A stretch of 63,058 nucleotides of DNA, counting the filler, from Lenisia limosa (lineage: Eukaryota > Protista > Breviatea): the NCBI GenBank assembly GCA_001655205.1. It is 10 parts of 10 records of this genome, joined end to end, with 100 filler letters (N's around TTAATTAATTAA, not from the genome) between each part and the next. Parts side by side here need not be neighbours in the genome. Positions count along the whole stretch, not along the records: positions 36,060 to 40,639 come from LPNZ01001221.1; positions 40,740 to 43,116 come from LPNZ01001649.1; positions 43,217 to 48,138 come from LPNZ01001755.1; positions 48,239 to 53,264 come from LPNZ01009055.1; 6 more parts are not named here. One strand, given 5' to 3'. Shown here piece after piece: positions 38,076 through 51,006 of this stretch. The translations under genes and the position numbers were made by a program. Position 1 is the first letter of the stretch. Each line of letters opens with the position of its first letter. The notes below the pieces were generated by a model that was given only the letters and a program-made list of their open reading frames with translations, had not been told where the DNA came from and did no database searches.

Positions 38076-40213
38076 CAGGACTTCACTTCGATTCGAAAGA
38101 AGACTGATTTCTGGATTGCAGAGATGAGAAATAAACGAAGGTGTCGGGCCGAAGCCGTCCACACTGTCACGTAATTAGAGAAATGGGAAGTGTTGGGAGT
38201 AGGCGTTAGAGCGTGATGACAGTGGTGTAAGATGTAACTTTATATTATATCTGATATGTTATCCCTATGTATTATATTCTCCAGAGAATCTACCTTGTTG
38301 AACTGGAAAAGAACTCTTTTGTATATTTCTATCATCACCCTTTTCCATCAGAAAAAGACCAAAAATGAAAACGGGGGCTAAACCGGGTGCTCCGGGATCC
38401 GAAAAAGATCTTAGCAAAGGTCCTGGAGATCTGGTAATTTAAAACGTTTCCCGGTGTTTGCAGCCCCTTGTCCGCCCTTGCCTTGGCTAGTCTTCACTTT
38501 ATGCCCAAATAATGTGTATTGGAACCCCAGGTTCTTGGGAGTATTAATTTTCCTCGTTAGATATTGATTCATTTCAAGTTCAAGTTCAAGTTCAAGAGAG
38601 CTGCCCTTGTCATACCGTAAGAACTGTAAGTGTCGACAGAGTAGAACGTGCCCCTTTCCTGATCAAGTTAGGTAACGTATGGTTGGGTAAGATTACGGCT
38701 TCACTTCGATTCGAAAAAAGACTGAATATCTCGATAAATCCTCGAAATTATCGATACTTTACCGGTCTTTTTCGGACCTAAGTGAAGCCCTGGGTAAGAT
38801 GGGGGAAATGAGTTACCCCCCCCCTATTATTAGGGACCGTGTTAGTTCCCCTCCCCCGCAATAGGATTATAACAAGGGATTCACTTCGGTTTGAAAATAA
38901 ACTGAATTTCACGATAAATCCTCGAAAACTATCGATATTTTCCCGAAGCGAAGTGAAGCCCTAGTTATAAGCTAGCCCTCCCACCATAATTGCGATATTA
39001 GTGACGAACCACGGTCCACACATAACTTTGGGCGAAGTCACGCATGCCTAGCGGTGGAATAAAGTTGGAAAATTATGAAACAAATCAGAAAATCAAATCC
39101 GTTGACAGACAACATTCGATGAAGAATATTGCCCTAAGGGGGGAGTTAGAGTAGTATAATTAATTATGAAACAAGAAGGTTAAAATCAATGATTGGGGAG
39201 ATATTCAAAGACTCCTTGAGGGAGATAAAACACTTGGGATTCTCAAATGCGCTGTAGTTAGGGCTTCACTTCGATTCAAAAAAACAGACTAAATTTCTCG
39301 ATAAATCCTCGAAAACAATCGATATTTTACCGGTATTTTTTGAACCGAAGTGAAGCCCTAGCCGTTGTGTTGTAACAGTCCAGAAAAATACAACCCTGTA
39401 CCTGAACATTATTATCTCCTGTCGTCATTGCGATCGAATGAGTTGACACTCCAGAAGCGAAGGGATGCGTAGTAGGGGACCCTCCCTCCTTTGGTATCAC
39501 CTGTATTGTAACTGTGTGATATGGGGGCTTCACTTCAATCCAGGAAATACGTGAAATATTCGATAAAGGAATGTGATATGTTGATAGCATATCGTCACAA
39601 AATTCAGTAACTATTGTTTTTTTGATAATTAAGCCTTCATATTCAAACAAATGTCATTAGAATAGTACAAGTTATAGCAAGGGCCCCAACTGTGGTTTCA
39701 CTCTCTAGTCAAGCAAAAAACCGAGAAATATCGATATTTTTCGAGATTTTCAGTCTTTTTTGAACCGAAGTGAAGTTTCTGCCCCAACATATCAGATCCA
39801 ATGATTTGCCATACTATGTTAATTTCGACAGATTCAATGACAACTGTTTGAATATGAAGGGCTAATTATTTCCCTACGGTCCCAAAAAAGACTGAATCTC
39901 TCGATAAATCCTCGATAAATATCGATATTTTGACGGTCTTTTTTGGACCGGAGGGAAGCCCAGGTATTTGAATGACTAATTGTGACATCAAGTCTATGTT
40001 GGCCCCTTGTACCCTAAGTTCAGCAGAGTACCCCGCAGGAATTGCCGAAACATCGAAAATACCTAAAATGTTTTATTGAAGGGGCAAAACAAACTTGGTA
40101 TAGTTGACCTTTAGTATGAATATTCAAGGCTTCACTTCGGTTTGAAAAAAGACTGAATTTCTCGATAAATCCTCAAAAATTTCGATATTTTCCCGAACCA
40201 AAGTGAAGCCTTA
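38076..40213. mobile_element. Seven family A MITEs (38076-38112 partial, 38694-38792, 38874-38963, 39259-39360, 39690-39778, 39857-39963, 40125-40213)
   Basis: The 38694 copy has a perfect 8-bp TSD ggtaagat; the 39259 copy has gctgtagt/gccgttgt (6/8); the 38874 copy matches 6/8. Confidence 0.85.
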
Positions 40214-40902
40214 AATATAATAGAGAAACCTGGGGGGTTAGCTAACCAACATAACTTTCATTAGCGCTGAAATACACAGACGATAGTGCGGTCAGGAGGG
40301 CAAAGTCTGGAGATAAGGCTAAAAAAACTCTTCAGTGCAAAAGATTTTCACTATTTTAAAATAGGATATGTATAGAAAACGACATATTATAATTCATCAA
40401 CATATAATACTACTATCTACAATGTAACTATGATAGCCCATCACAAACCATTATTATGCGTTTGGAAATTGACAGCCGAATTTGGTCCGACAGGATTGGC
40501 AACTTCGATTGCGACTGTTCCCTCGGGTCCGGCGGAAATGGCCAGGCAGCTGGGGTGGGTAAATAGGGAAATTTAATGAAACAAAAAAAGCCCAAAATTA
40601 ACTCTGTTGGCTGACAACACACAAGGGTTGATAACAACANNNNNNNNNNNNNNNNNNNNNNNNNNNNNNNNNNNNNNNNNNNNTTAATTAATTAANNNNN
40701 NNNNNNNNNNNNNNNNNNNNNNNNNNNNNNNNNNNNNNNGAGGGCGCCAAGGAGCGTCGGCGGAAGTATTGTAATTTGTTTATGGCCTATGTATTATTTG
40801 TTTCCCAAGATTTCAATGTTCTATATTATTTCTCTGTTAAAAAAATAAAATGTGATGTATCACACAACAGCTCAAGTATTTGAATTAAAAAAACATATTA
40901 TC

Positions 40903-41005
40903 TCGGCTACAAAAGAGAATTTCTCGATAAATCCCCAAAAACTATCGCTATTATCCCAGTCTTGTTCTAAAAAACAATCGATATTTTCCCGAAGGGAAAC
41001 CCTAA
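40903..41005. mobile_element. Degenerate family A MITE
   Basis: Core TTTCTCGATAAATCC..ATCGATATTTT and a GGGAAACCCTA end. Confidence 0.6.
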
Positions 41006-41529
41006 TTATGGCGATATTTCTATGCATCTTTTTGATGAGGCGAATTACGAGAGGTTACGAGAAAGAAAAAAAAACTTGCACAAAGTTTATGGGACAAAGT
41101 TTTCGCATTACCTCAACTATTTCATCATTAGTATCGGCAACACATTATCATGTTTTATTTCCTACTTCTGCGTAAATATGTATTCTTTTGTTTGTAGCCC
41201 TCAATCAAAGAGAGAAAACGGAAACAAAGAGAATACAAAACAGAAAGTTATGTACATTGTTGCAAGGCAAATGATTGGGTGAATTAGAATTACACTATAA
41301 TCCAATATCACTTATAAGTGTGTTAGCGTAGGCAAATTCGGCCAGATACTCATATCTCATTTCTATAATAAAAAAACAGGTTGCATGAATGAAGAAAAAG
41401 ATGAAACAAGCAAAAACAAGAACAGTTCAGTTTTGGGTCAAATCAAAAGAAATAGCATACTCAAACACTGCTTCTTTGCAGATAGCAGCAGCCACATAAT
41501 CTTTCGTTACAACGACTGCACAAGCTTAC

Positions 41530-41901
41530 TAATTCTCATGAAGTAGACTATTGAGAAGGATGTGACCAAATAGATGATCTTCATCAACCAGTTGTACAGC
41601 GAGGCAAAGTTCCAGAAAATGTCGAGGTACCGGCAAGCAAACACGATGGCGAAGAGCTCTTGCGACCTCAGTGAGATTCCTGTTGGGAAACTATTACTGG
41701 AGAAAACATCGGAGGCAAAATAGGTTCCTTTCCCGTTATTAACAGAGTGTTTGCCCGCTTTACTGCACGCTAGAGGACGCTTGACTCTTTCATTAAAAAG
41801 CCAAACCAACCAGCGCAGTTCTTGTGTCTCCGGATCTTCTCTAACAAGAAGAATATCGAGAGAAGGTGAACCAGGTCGCCAAGGAATCGGAAAATGTTCA
41901 T
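41530..41901 (-). CDS. ERD2: ER lumen protein-retaining (KDEL) receptor, first two exons
   Basis: Exons 41811-41901 and 41530-41679: MNIFRFLGDLVHLLSIFFLLEKIRRHKNCAG ISLRSQELFAIVFACRYLDIF..SLYNWLMKI. Downstream exons were not located on this scaffold. Confidence 0.92.
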
Positions 41902-43585
41902 TGTGGCGAAAACCTAAATGGCGTTGTGTCTTTGTGGTCTTCTTTGAACTTTGGTTTTCGAAACGTAAACAACAAAACAAATAATAAATTAGTGGCTGAT
42001 TAGTGGGTTCTTGATGCGTGCAAGCTGTGTGAATTTGAATTTTTGCATTTTTTGATTCCCCAATATACAAGCGTGTGTACTGAAGGCTCGGATTGATATG
42101 AGCAAATTTACTACAGGGCTGCTGTTGCGTCACTATCATGTTTCAAGTGGTTTGTTCTGCTTATTGTGGTTTTATGTTTTGTTTACAACTGGTTTACCTG
42201 GGTTTACCATCCACATCAATCTTATCTCTGTTGATGATTGCATGACCATTGCGCTATCCATTTCACATGGAACATAGAAAATAATGATACAAAAAATAAA
42301 ACAAAGCCCTTAAATATTTGAAAAATATCGTTGTTTCAAGTCGGCCGCTAAGCCAGATTCATTACGTAATCTTAACCCCCAAATCCATGACTTTTGGTCA
42401 AAAGAGGTCAAAAGCTGACCCTAAATCCATGAAAAAATCCTAACACTCCGAGGTTTTATTCTGATTTAGCGGCCTGCCTTAATAACTGCGCAAGGTGGGG
42501 GGTCACTCTCCAAAATGTGTTCACCACCTTACACCGTACACCACCACTATTGAAAAAACGAAAACCGTACATAGCTACTGTTTCTTGTCGTTATTTTGTG
42601 TTTATGTGATTTTTGGGAAATTTTCAACTTTTCGACCGAGTCAAAACTTTTTTACTTGTTTTTCCATGTGCGAATTTCTGGGATAATAAGGATATAAACA
42701 AAATACGCCAAAAATACGCTGTACACCGTACACCGCCGCTTTTATCAACCACCAGAGTGGAGGTGAACATATTTTGGGGAATGACCCCCCCTCCCCCCTG
42801 TGAATGCGCTCTCAAAATAACAAAAATATTTGCCAATAACAAAGAAAAAACACAACAGAAACAAGCCGAAATCAAACAAACAAAGAACATTTCGGAAGCA
42901 CAGATCAAGTGATCTAAGGCTCTAAAAAAAGACCAAAACAAGATTGCTCTCGGGAGCTATGGGTCAACAAGGGGGAAAGTCCCGGGGAGAGAGCACAATT
43001 GACTGATCGCTGAAACTGCAGGGACGTCTGCGGGGGTTAGATGCGGGTGCAGGGGGGGGGGGTAAAATTGGAAAATTATAAAACACAAAAAAACCCAAAA
43101 TCAACTCTGTTGGCTGNNNNNNNNNNNNNNNNNNNNNNNNNNNNNNNNNNNNNNNNNNNNTTAATTAATTAANNNNNNNNNNNNNNNNNNNNNNNNNNNN
43201 NNNNNNNNNNNNNNNNTAGGTATCTATTTATCTATTCTAACATGTATTTTATTTTTTGTTAAAAATTGGGGAAAGTATGTGAGTTTCTGTGATAGTATAG
43301 AATAGATGATGTATTTCAATCAAATGAATGAGTTCACAGCACATTGAAGATATGTGAACAATTTTAAGAACAGTCCCAAAAAAAGTGATCTGCATTTTGT
43401 CCACTGATTCGCATTTTGTCCAGTGATCCGCATTTTGACTATATACATACATATATATTAATACAGTTATTGGAAACATAAACACATTAGGTGGCATAAA
43501 GGGGACTTCGGAGGGTGCCAACAATGGGTTAAGAGGTTTTCTGTAAAAAGGAGGTTTCGTAAATAGTCTCTCTAATTCTTCATAG

Positions 43586-43714
43586 AAAGAAGGCGAACAC
43601 CTTGGAGGAAAATAAGACAGTCTGAGAGAAGTTAATCAGTATTGTTTTTAAAAAAATACTGATTAACTTCTCTCAGACTCTGTCTTATTTTCCTCCAAGG
43701 GGTTCGCCTTCTTT
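43586..43714. repeat. 129-bp near-perfect loopless palindrome
   Basis: Arms of about 64 bp pair around 43649/43650 with two mismatches and one 1-nt bulge. Confidence 0.95.
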
Positions 43715-45559
43715 TACATACCATCTCAAGTAAGATTGGATATATCTCATAAATTGTTGCCACCCCACCCGCATAATTTTTCTTTTTTATTGTCACCCCC
43801 ACTAATCTCACATGTTTGTTAGTCACCCATCATCTCATATACCCAGACCGTTCTCATCTCGATGGAGAAACTCCAGGACCTTGTTGACTACGAGATCGAA
43901 GACGAGTTTGTCACAACGGAATTACGTTGTTACCGCCATCACCGACTCCGTCGAAAACACCAATATCAAGAAAGAAAAAAAGAGTACATTGTACATCACA
44001 ACAGGAGAGTCCCTTTTGAAAGCAAAATTTAAATGATAGAGTAAAAAATAATCAAACAAAAGAGTTGAGAACCACTAAGTAATATACATTGAAGTCAAAT
44101 AGAAGCAAAGAAGCTGCAAAGAAAAGGGGAAACAGGAGGGAAGAAGGGAGAAGGAATCATAATAATCCTAAGTCACCAAAATCGGGGTCTTGAAACCCAG
44201 CCAAATCTTAAGAATCGCAGAGACTTGGGCTTCCGAGCCACTTCCAAAACTTAAGTGGAAACTTGATCAGAAATACTTTCACTCAATTAGAATCCTGAAC
44301 AAAACCTTCACTGATTCCAGTAAAATGATTCAAAACACAAAAACATTGTAAAGTGAGGCAGCTTTCGATGATAAACGAAGTGAAAATTACCTCAATGCCG
44401 CGCAGAATTCTCCCAGTTTCGTGGGTTATTGAGGAAGGGAAGAGTTACAGGGAAGAGGCTACGAGCCAGTTATCGTCATTAATTGTTCGTAAACAACGAA
44501 AGGCTCTCTAACAATAAGCAAGAGGGAGAGGAATGAAGCCTGCCTTTGGAGATTTTTTATCGGTTTTCCCAAACTCGGTTACTATTAATATGCTCTTAAC
44601 ATCAGGATAACTTAACTGCGAAAGGGAAAGTTATTTTATCGCAAAAATTTAACACAAGAAATTTTGAGATCTCGTACCCCCAGGCTTTTCAAAATCATTA
44701 AAAGGCCAATAGTTCTAACCTCATGTACAACTCATGTACTCTTCAATCACCTTCTCAATATGTACTTCATTAATAATATGAAAATTGATTTTGGGGGGAA
44801 AAGGGCAAAAAGGGGAACTTTCTGTTTTTAAGATGACTTCCTCGATCACTTGCTGTCAAAAAATATATTTTTCAAAAAGTTGTTTTCCCTGTTTTTTTCT
44901 CGTTAAAACGATTCCCTATTAACAAATGAAGGTTTTCTAGTGTAAATTGTGTTCTCGTGGAACATACTGAATTAATGACTTAATTTAGGACCTTGAGCAT
45001 TTAGACAAAACATGAATCAGGGACAAAACTGTGAATCACTTGTTTTTGAATAATTTTTTTTTTTTTTTTTCTNNNNNNNNNNNNNNNNNNNNNNNNNNNN
45101 NNNNNNNNNNNNNNNNNNNNNNNNNNNNNNNNNNNNNNNNNNNTTCATTTTTACCCATTAAACACCAGTTTTTTGAGAATTTTAAAATGAATTGAATCCA
45201 ATTCAAAGATACGTGAGAGAAAAAAAGAACATTATTACAGAACATAATACATCACTTCTTAAGCGTGCAGTCATAATCTTCGTGTTATTGTTGCTTTTGT
45301 TCTTTTTTTTCTTGGGGTGTCTTATTACAACGTAGTCACCCTCTCTTCGATCTTATTATTTTTCGCGACAAAATTTTGTTACAACTTTGAAGCTTTCAAT
45401 TGCAACTGTGTTTTCTACCCTTGGGTTTGTTGCTTAATTTGATCAGACTAAGATCAAGGAATGAAACTTTGGATTCACTCGCTCTTTTAAAATTGGTGTC
45501 TGAGGCAAGTCTTGGTAATGTTTGTGAAGGTATGAATTGTATCATCTTTTTTCTTTTAT

Positions 45560-45642
45560 TACAAAAGACCGGTCAAATATCGATGTTTATCGAGGATTTA
45601 TCAAGAAATACAGTCTTTTTTGGGGACCGTAGGGAATCCCTA
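45560..45642. mobile_element. Family A MITE lacking its left end
   Basis: Core plus GGACCGTAGGGAATCCCTA. Confidence 0.7.
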
Positions 45643-48469
45643 GTTATATGTGTCTCACACCGATATGAGACTCGTAAAAAATCTGGGAATGTGCATTGTG
45701 GGGGGGGGGGCAATTATACTGTTTATGAAAGTATCAATCATCCCTCCCACCCCCATGCGGTGTTGAAGAAGCGACTGGCCTGGGCTNNNNNNNNNNNNNN
45801 NNNNNNNNNNNNNNNNNNNNNNNNNNNNNNNNNNNNNNNNNNNNNNNNNNNNNNNNNNNNNNNNNNNNNNNNNNNNNNNNNNNNNNNNNNNNNNNNNNNN
45901 NNNNNNNNNNNNNNNNNNNNNNNNNNNNNNNNNNNNNNNNNNNNNNNNNNNNNNNNNNNNNNNNNNNNNNNNNNNNNNNNNNNNNNNNNNNNNNNNNNAT
46001 AGAATAAAGTCTTGGTATACAACACATAGGGATACCATAAACCAATTATCAGGTGCCCCTTCGCCCAAACACACAAGGTGTTCAGGGACCCCCAGCAGTA
46101 GCTGGGTGAGTACTGGCTGGACGGGCCAGTTTGTCACACCTTTGTGTAATTCAGGTAAGGGAGAAGGAAGCAATACTAGTAATAAGTTTCCAATGAAATG
46201 GATGATAGTTCCAGGGTGTTGTTGAAGAGGTATATATCTGGGGAAAACCCCCTGGTATCTTCTTGCCCAAGCTACGAAATATAATAACATACTTTTCAAC
46301 TTTATGCATCGAATAACGAAGGTAGTACGGCCGTTCATCGGAAGCACTCAAACTGATTTTACCACTGAAAACTCTATTTTTGTGATTTATTCTTCCTGTT
46401 ATTGCACATAAATATTCTTCCTTCTATGTGATACTGTTGTAAGGTGACACATAATTGAGTGTGAAGAGGACAGCTATGCTGGCCTATCTGGTCAGATCTC
46501 TCTGAAATCCGTACCAAAGCCGCCATAAAGCCCTAGTATGTATTAATACAGTTGGAGACATTAACATGTTAGGTGGCATAAAGATGTTCACAGGGAAGTT
46601 TCATAGTCTCTCTAATTCTTCATTGAATCCTAATAGAATCTGGTAGAATTATGATGGAATATGGTCAGCTGACAATTTCATGCAACCGTTTTTGGATGTT
46701 ATTGTTCTTTGTTTGTGAGTGTCACTTTCTCCTCCCTTAGTAAGGAATAAGGATGAATTGAGACTGACACCTGAGGTTGTTTGTTCAGTATTTGTTGTTA
46801 CTTATCTCGAATAATAGCGATGTTTACCACACTTTTGCAGCTATAGCTTCCGACTTTAGATTTGCTTCTGATATTCCTATTTGGTGACAGATAATTTTAA
46901 ACTGATGATGAAGAACAAGGGGGTTGTATCAATGCTCCATATCCTAGTTTTGCGATTGGGGATGTCCTGCTTGACCCGCCTGCTTACAGAAAAAGCAGGA
47001 GTCTTTAGTGGGGCACTTTAATATGCTGAAAGTGTTGTTTTTCTGAAAGAGAGGGTTCGTTTCCCACGAGGCTAACAAGATCGACGCACCCTCAGTCGAC
47101 TACTCCTCGAGGCCCGTCCCTTCTTCGCGGCCGCTCCAGTTCTGGCGCCCATCTCTTCAAAAAGTATGTGGATACATGATAGCGAGTATTTCACATACCG
47201 ATACACATACAGTATCATATTGAATAATAATGTATGTATGTATGCGTCTACGAAAATATGGATGCTGTGGAAACGATCATGTCAGAATATGAGTTATTCT
47301 AACTTCAGCAAGATGTCTAATATGAGAGTTCCGTCCAGAGCAAAGGCGATCTTGAAAAAGTGAATTTGGTGTCAAAAAAGTGATTTAGGTGTCTTTACGT
47401 GAGAGTATTTTTTCTCTTCTGTTCTTTCTAAAGGTAGAAGACACTTGTAAAGTGTTATGTTTTCGAGGGAACACGGTATAGGTTTTTTCGACGTTGGTTA
47501 AGGTGGTTCAGTCCTTTTTTGATTGTGCAAAAATGTTGGAAAAAAAAAGAAGCGAAATTATAATGACCCTTCGGGATAATTCCCTATGGTAGTTTTTCAT
47601 AAAACATTCCAGACAAGACGATTCTAAAAATGGTAAAAATGGCCTGGAATGTGACTAACCGAGGCTATATGAGGCCAAAATTGCAATATATTGACATTAT
47701 GGCAGTTTTGGTTATATCCTCCATAACCATTTTTGAATTTGGTTAAAGGTCACTCCGCAGCTGAATATACCTCCAAAGCCGAACGCGATGGGCCACTTGG
47801 CAGCCCACCAGAGAGCCACTAGAGCCCACATAGAAAAATGTTTTTTTTTGTGTTATTTTGTTTATGAAATGTTTGTTGTTGGTTTGTTGCTTGTTTGTGT
47901 TTTGCTTTTGATCAGTAATTCAGTAGTACTCAGTCAGATGAAGGATCTGTTAATATATATATATATATATGAATAATATTATCATTTGTAATTAAGTACC
48001 CCGGTCTGAATGCGATCACCAGTATGAATGCGATCACCAGTATGAATCCGATCAGGAAGTACATTATTTTTCCCTATAATCTTCGCTTTAAACACCAAAA
48101 ATTTCAAAACAACTTATATTTAAACTTAGAAATATCAANNNNNNNNNNNNNNNNNNNNNNNNNNNNNNNNNNNNNNNNNNNNTTAATTAATTAANNNNNN
48201 NNNNNNNNNNNNNNNNNNNNNNNNNNNNNNNNNNNNNNCAAAGGGCCCCCGTAATCATCCGGGTCCGGCTGAATGTTATCCGGGTACGGCTGACTTATTT
48301 CTGGCTCGGAGTCGGAAGTATCGGAATCCACGGAATTCCAATCAGAGTTGAAGCGGCTCAAAAGTTCTCTTTCTCTAAAAAGCTAATTATTCGAGTTATT
48401 TTCATCTTCATGAGCCATGACACATAGGACACCACAAACATATCGTCATTATTATCGTCTCTTTCAAGC

Positions 48470-50520
48470 TAAAGTTAAGCTCCGCACTTACGCCATCACA
48501 AACCTATCATCACTGCTACTATCTGAGTCGAAATGTGACCGAAGAAAAGACCTAGGATTGTGCTCCCCCATGCCGCTGAGACCAAATTGTGCAATGAACG
48601 GATTAGACCCTGAGTGATGAAACTCAATACCTTGGTTTATGAATATGATATATTTATGTAATATAGATGCTATACATATAACGATGTATGATAATGAGAA
48701 ATAAAAAAGGATGTATCTGGCTGAAGCCGTCCACCATCACGCTTATAAGAGGTATTGGATTACAGTATAATATTAATTCACCCTTGTATAATATATGATA
48801 TATGATATGTATTATATGTTGTCCCATATCCATGTGATATGATCAAATGGCGGAATTTCAAGTCGAAAATGATGGAAGAGCGATATACAAAGACCAACCT
48901 ATATTTTCCTTCACCATCCAAGGATGATCACTGACAGAGCTTTCACTGACGATAGACTCGCCGCTGTACACTGAGGAGTACGCTGAAGCCGAGTGCGTCT
49001 CACGACCATCCTGTGATGTCAACACTCCATTGAACGCTGTCACAGCACTCTACCCCTTGAGATGTTCTTGAAACGAAAACAATATGAGCCAGAACCAATC
49101 TTCAACATAAACTGGCAATTATTTTATGGGTGAACTTTGTTTATGATTCCGTGCACTATAATCAATCATCCATAAAAGACTTTATTTCCAATCATATCAT
49201 ATAACCTAGTTTACTATTATTTAAAGCTTAACCAGAATGAAGCCTCGGAGGAGTGTAAGGATTTTCCCATGAAAAATTTGAGGTACAGCTTTTGACTACT
49301 TTTCATCAAAATTCATGGATTTGGGGCTCAAGGTTGCTAAATGAATCCAGTTTGGAGATTATTGTGTGAAAATATAGTGTAATATAGAGGCATAAACAAA
49401 GTGGTCCCTACGATGAAGCTCAAAAGCCATACACAATGAGCAATGGAGGGCATTTCTCACTCAGCCCTGATCAACCATCCAACCTGGTCCCTTAAGTAAC
49501 CGGAGTAAGTAATAAGTCCTGAGTTGATTTGCTGTTGTTTCGGCAGTCTGACCTGTGCTGCGTTAAACAGCCCCAATGATAACAAATAACAAATCCCACA
49601 GACTTTATTTGAGTTTCGATTCTGTTGAATTGTCTTTTTCTGAGAAGTGAGAAAAAGGTCAACTATCAGTTACAAAGTGTCTCGAGATGAGAAAAGAAGT
49701 AGAACAAATAAATAGGAGCAGGTGTGCTTTTTGATTGTCAATTATTGAGGGTTATTTTAAAAAAACAACTCTAATCCTCCAGAGATTATCTGGCAACGCC
49801 AAGGGAAGTAAAGATACTTACGAAGGTGCGAATAAGTATTCACAAAGGACTAATCAGGCCCAAGGCGAATACACCACCAAGTTTTTAAGGATATCGATGA
49901 AGGTTATGTATAGGAACAAATGCCCTGATAAAAAAAGGCTCACAGTAAAAAAAAAATAGTTTTCTAACACTCATTCATCATCCAAGGTTGGGCAGCTTCG
50001 TTTCTTGATATCTTACTCCCCTCTCCTCCCCCCAATATCCCTTTCACATTCCACCACACACCTTAATAGTCTGTAAGCAGGTAAATCCCAATGACACTGA
50101 GTGGCAACTTGGCTAAAGGGTGACCATGTGTAATGTCTCCATGAAATACGAATTTTGATACAAGAGTTACACAATCACTACCAAAACTAAAAAAGTTAAC
50201 AGAGAAGGCACTATCCATAAAAACACGAACACCTCCATACAACAGAGCAATGCAGGTACCCTCCATACAACAGAGTAATGCAGGTACCTTCCATACAACA
50301 GAGTAATGCAGGTACCCTCCATACAACAGAGCAATGCAGGTACCCTCCATACAACAGAGTAGTGAAGGTTCGCATAATTGCAGTGGGCGAACTTGACCGC
50401 TGGAAAGAGGGGAACACCAAGCAGTTGGAACGTTGTGCTGGGATCCTCATCCTTCGTTACCCGGCAACCATGGTGTTTTAGGAAGTCTTGGGCTCTTTGT
50501 GAGAGCTGCGTGTTACTCAT
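48470..50520 (-). CDS. Exon-like fragments of one or more unknown genes
   Basis: Short host-codon segments with splice-like ends (GIEFHHSGSNPFIAQFG; SAVTAFNGVLTSQDG; GLITYSGYLRDQVGW; MSNTQLSQRAQDFLKHHG). Phases not fully resolved. Confidence 0.3.
50232..50362. repeat. Minisatellite, 28-bp unit CCCTCCATACAACAGAGYAATGCAGGTA, about 4.7 copies
   Basis: Contiguous units with no spacers. Confidence 0.95.
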
Positions 50521-50906
50521 TTCCGCTGAAACCCCTAGAATAGTTAAATAAATGTTTATTGAGCAAGACAACTTGAGATCCAAAATATTCTATAAAAAAG
50601 CTGTGTGCACAGAGTTGTGGTGAATTACTCTTTTATTATCATCCAATATCTCTTATAAGCGTGACGGTGTGGACGTATTTATATATATGATAACATAACA
50701 TACTGTTTCTTATATAGAGAGGATAAATAAAATCGAGGTATATCTGGCTGAGCTCACGATTATTCGAGATATTGAGTTGAGTAATTAACCCAATCATTTA
50801 CCTTATAACGTTATGTCATAATTTGTTGTGTGCGCATATATCATACGCAGCTGCAATAGCAAGCGGATTACATGGGGGTATTTAGTCAAATTTAGTCAAA
50901 ATTTAG

Positions 50907-51006
50907 TAGAGCTTCACTTTCGGTTCCAAAATAAAAGAAAAATATCGATATTTATCGAGGATTTATCGAGGATTCGGTCTTTTATGGAACAAAAAATGAA
51001 GCTTTG
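50907..51006. mobile_element. Family A MITE, followed by a lone left TIR at ~51017
   Basis: TAGAGCTTCACTTTCGG..; flanks aaatttag/atatttag (7/8). Confidence 0.8.

Noticed and set aside
19452-43116. Apparent cluster of ER/lipid genes (ethanolamine kinase, DOLPP1, ERD2)
   Set aside because: Each gene is on a different scaffold joined by spacers, so the adjacency is artificial.
50232-50362. CRISPR-like 28-bp repeats
   Set aside because: No unique spacers, no cas genes, and a eukaryotic context.
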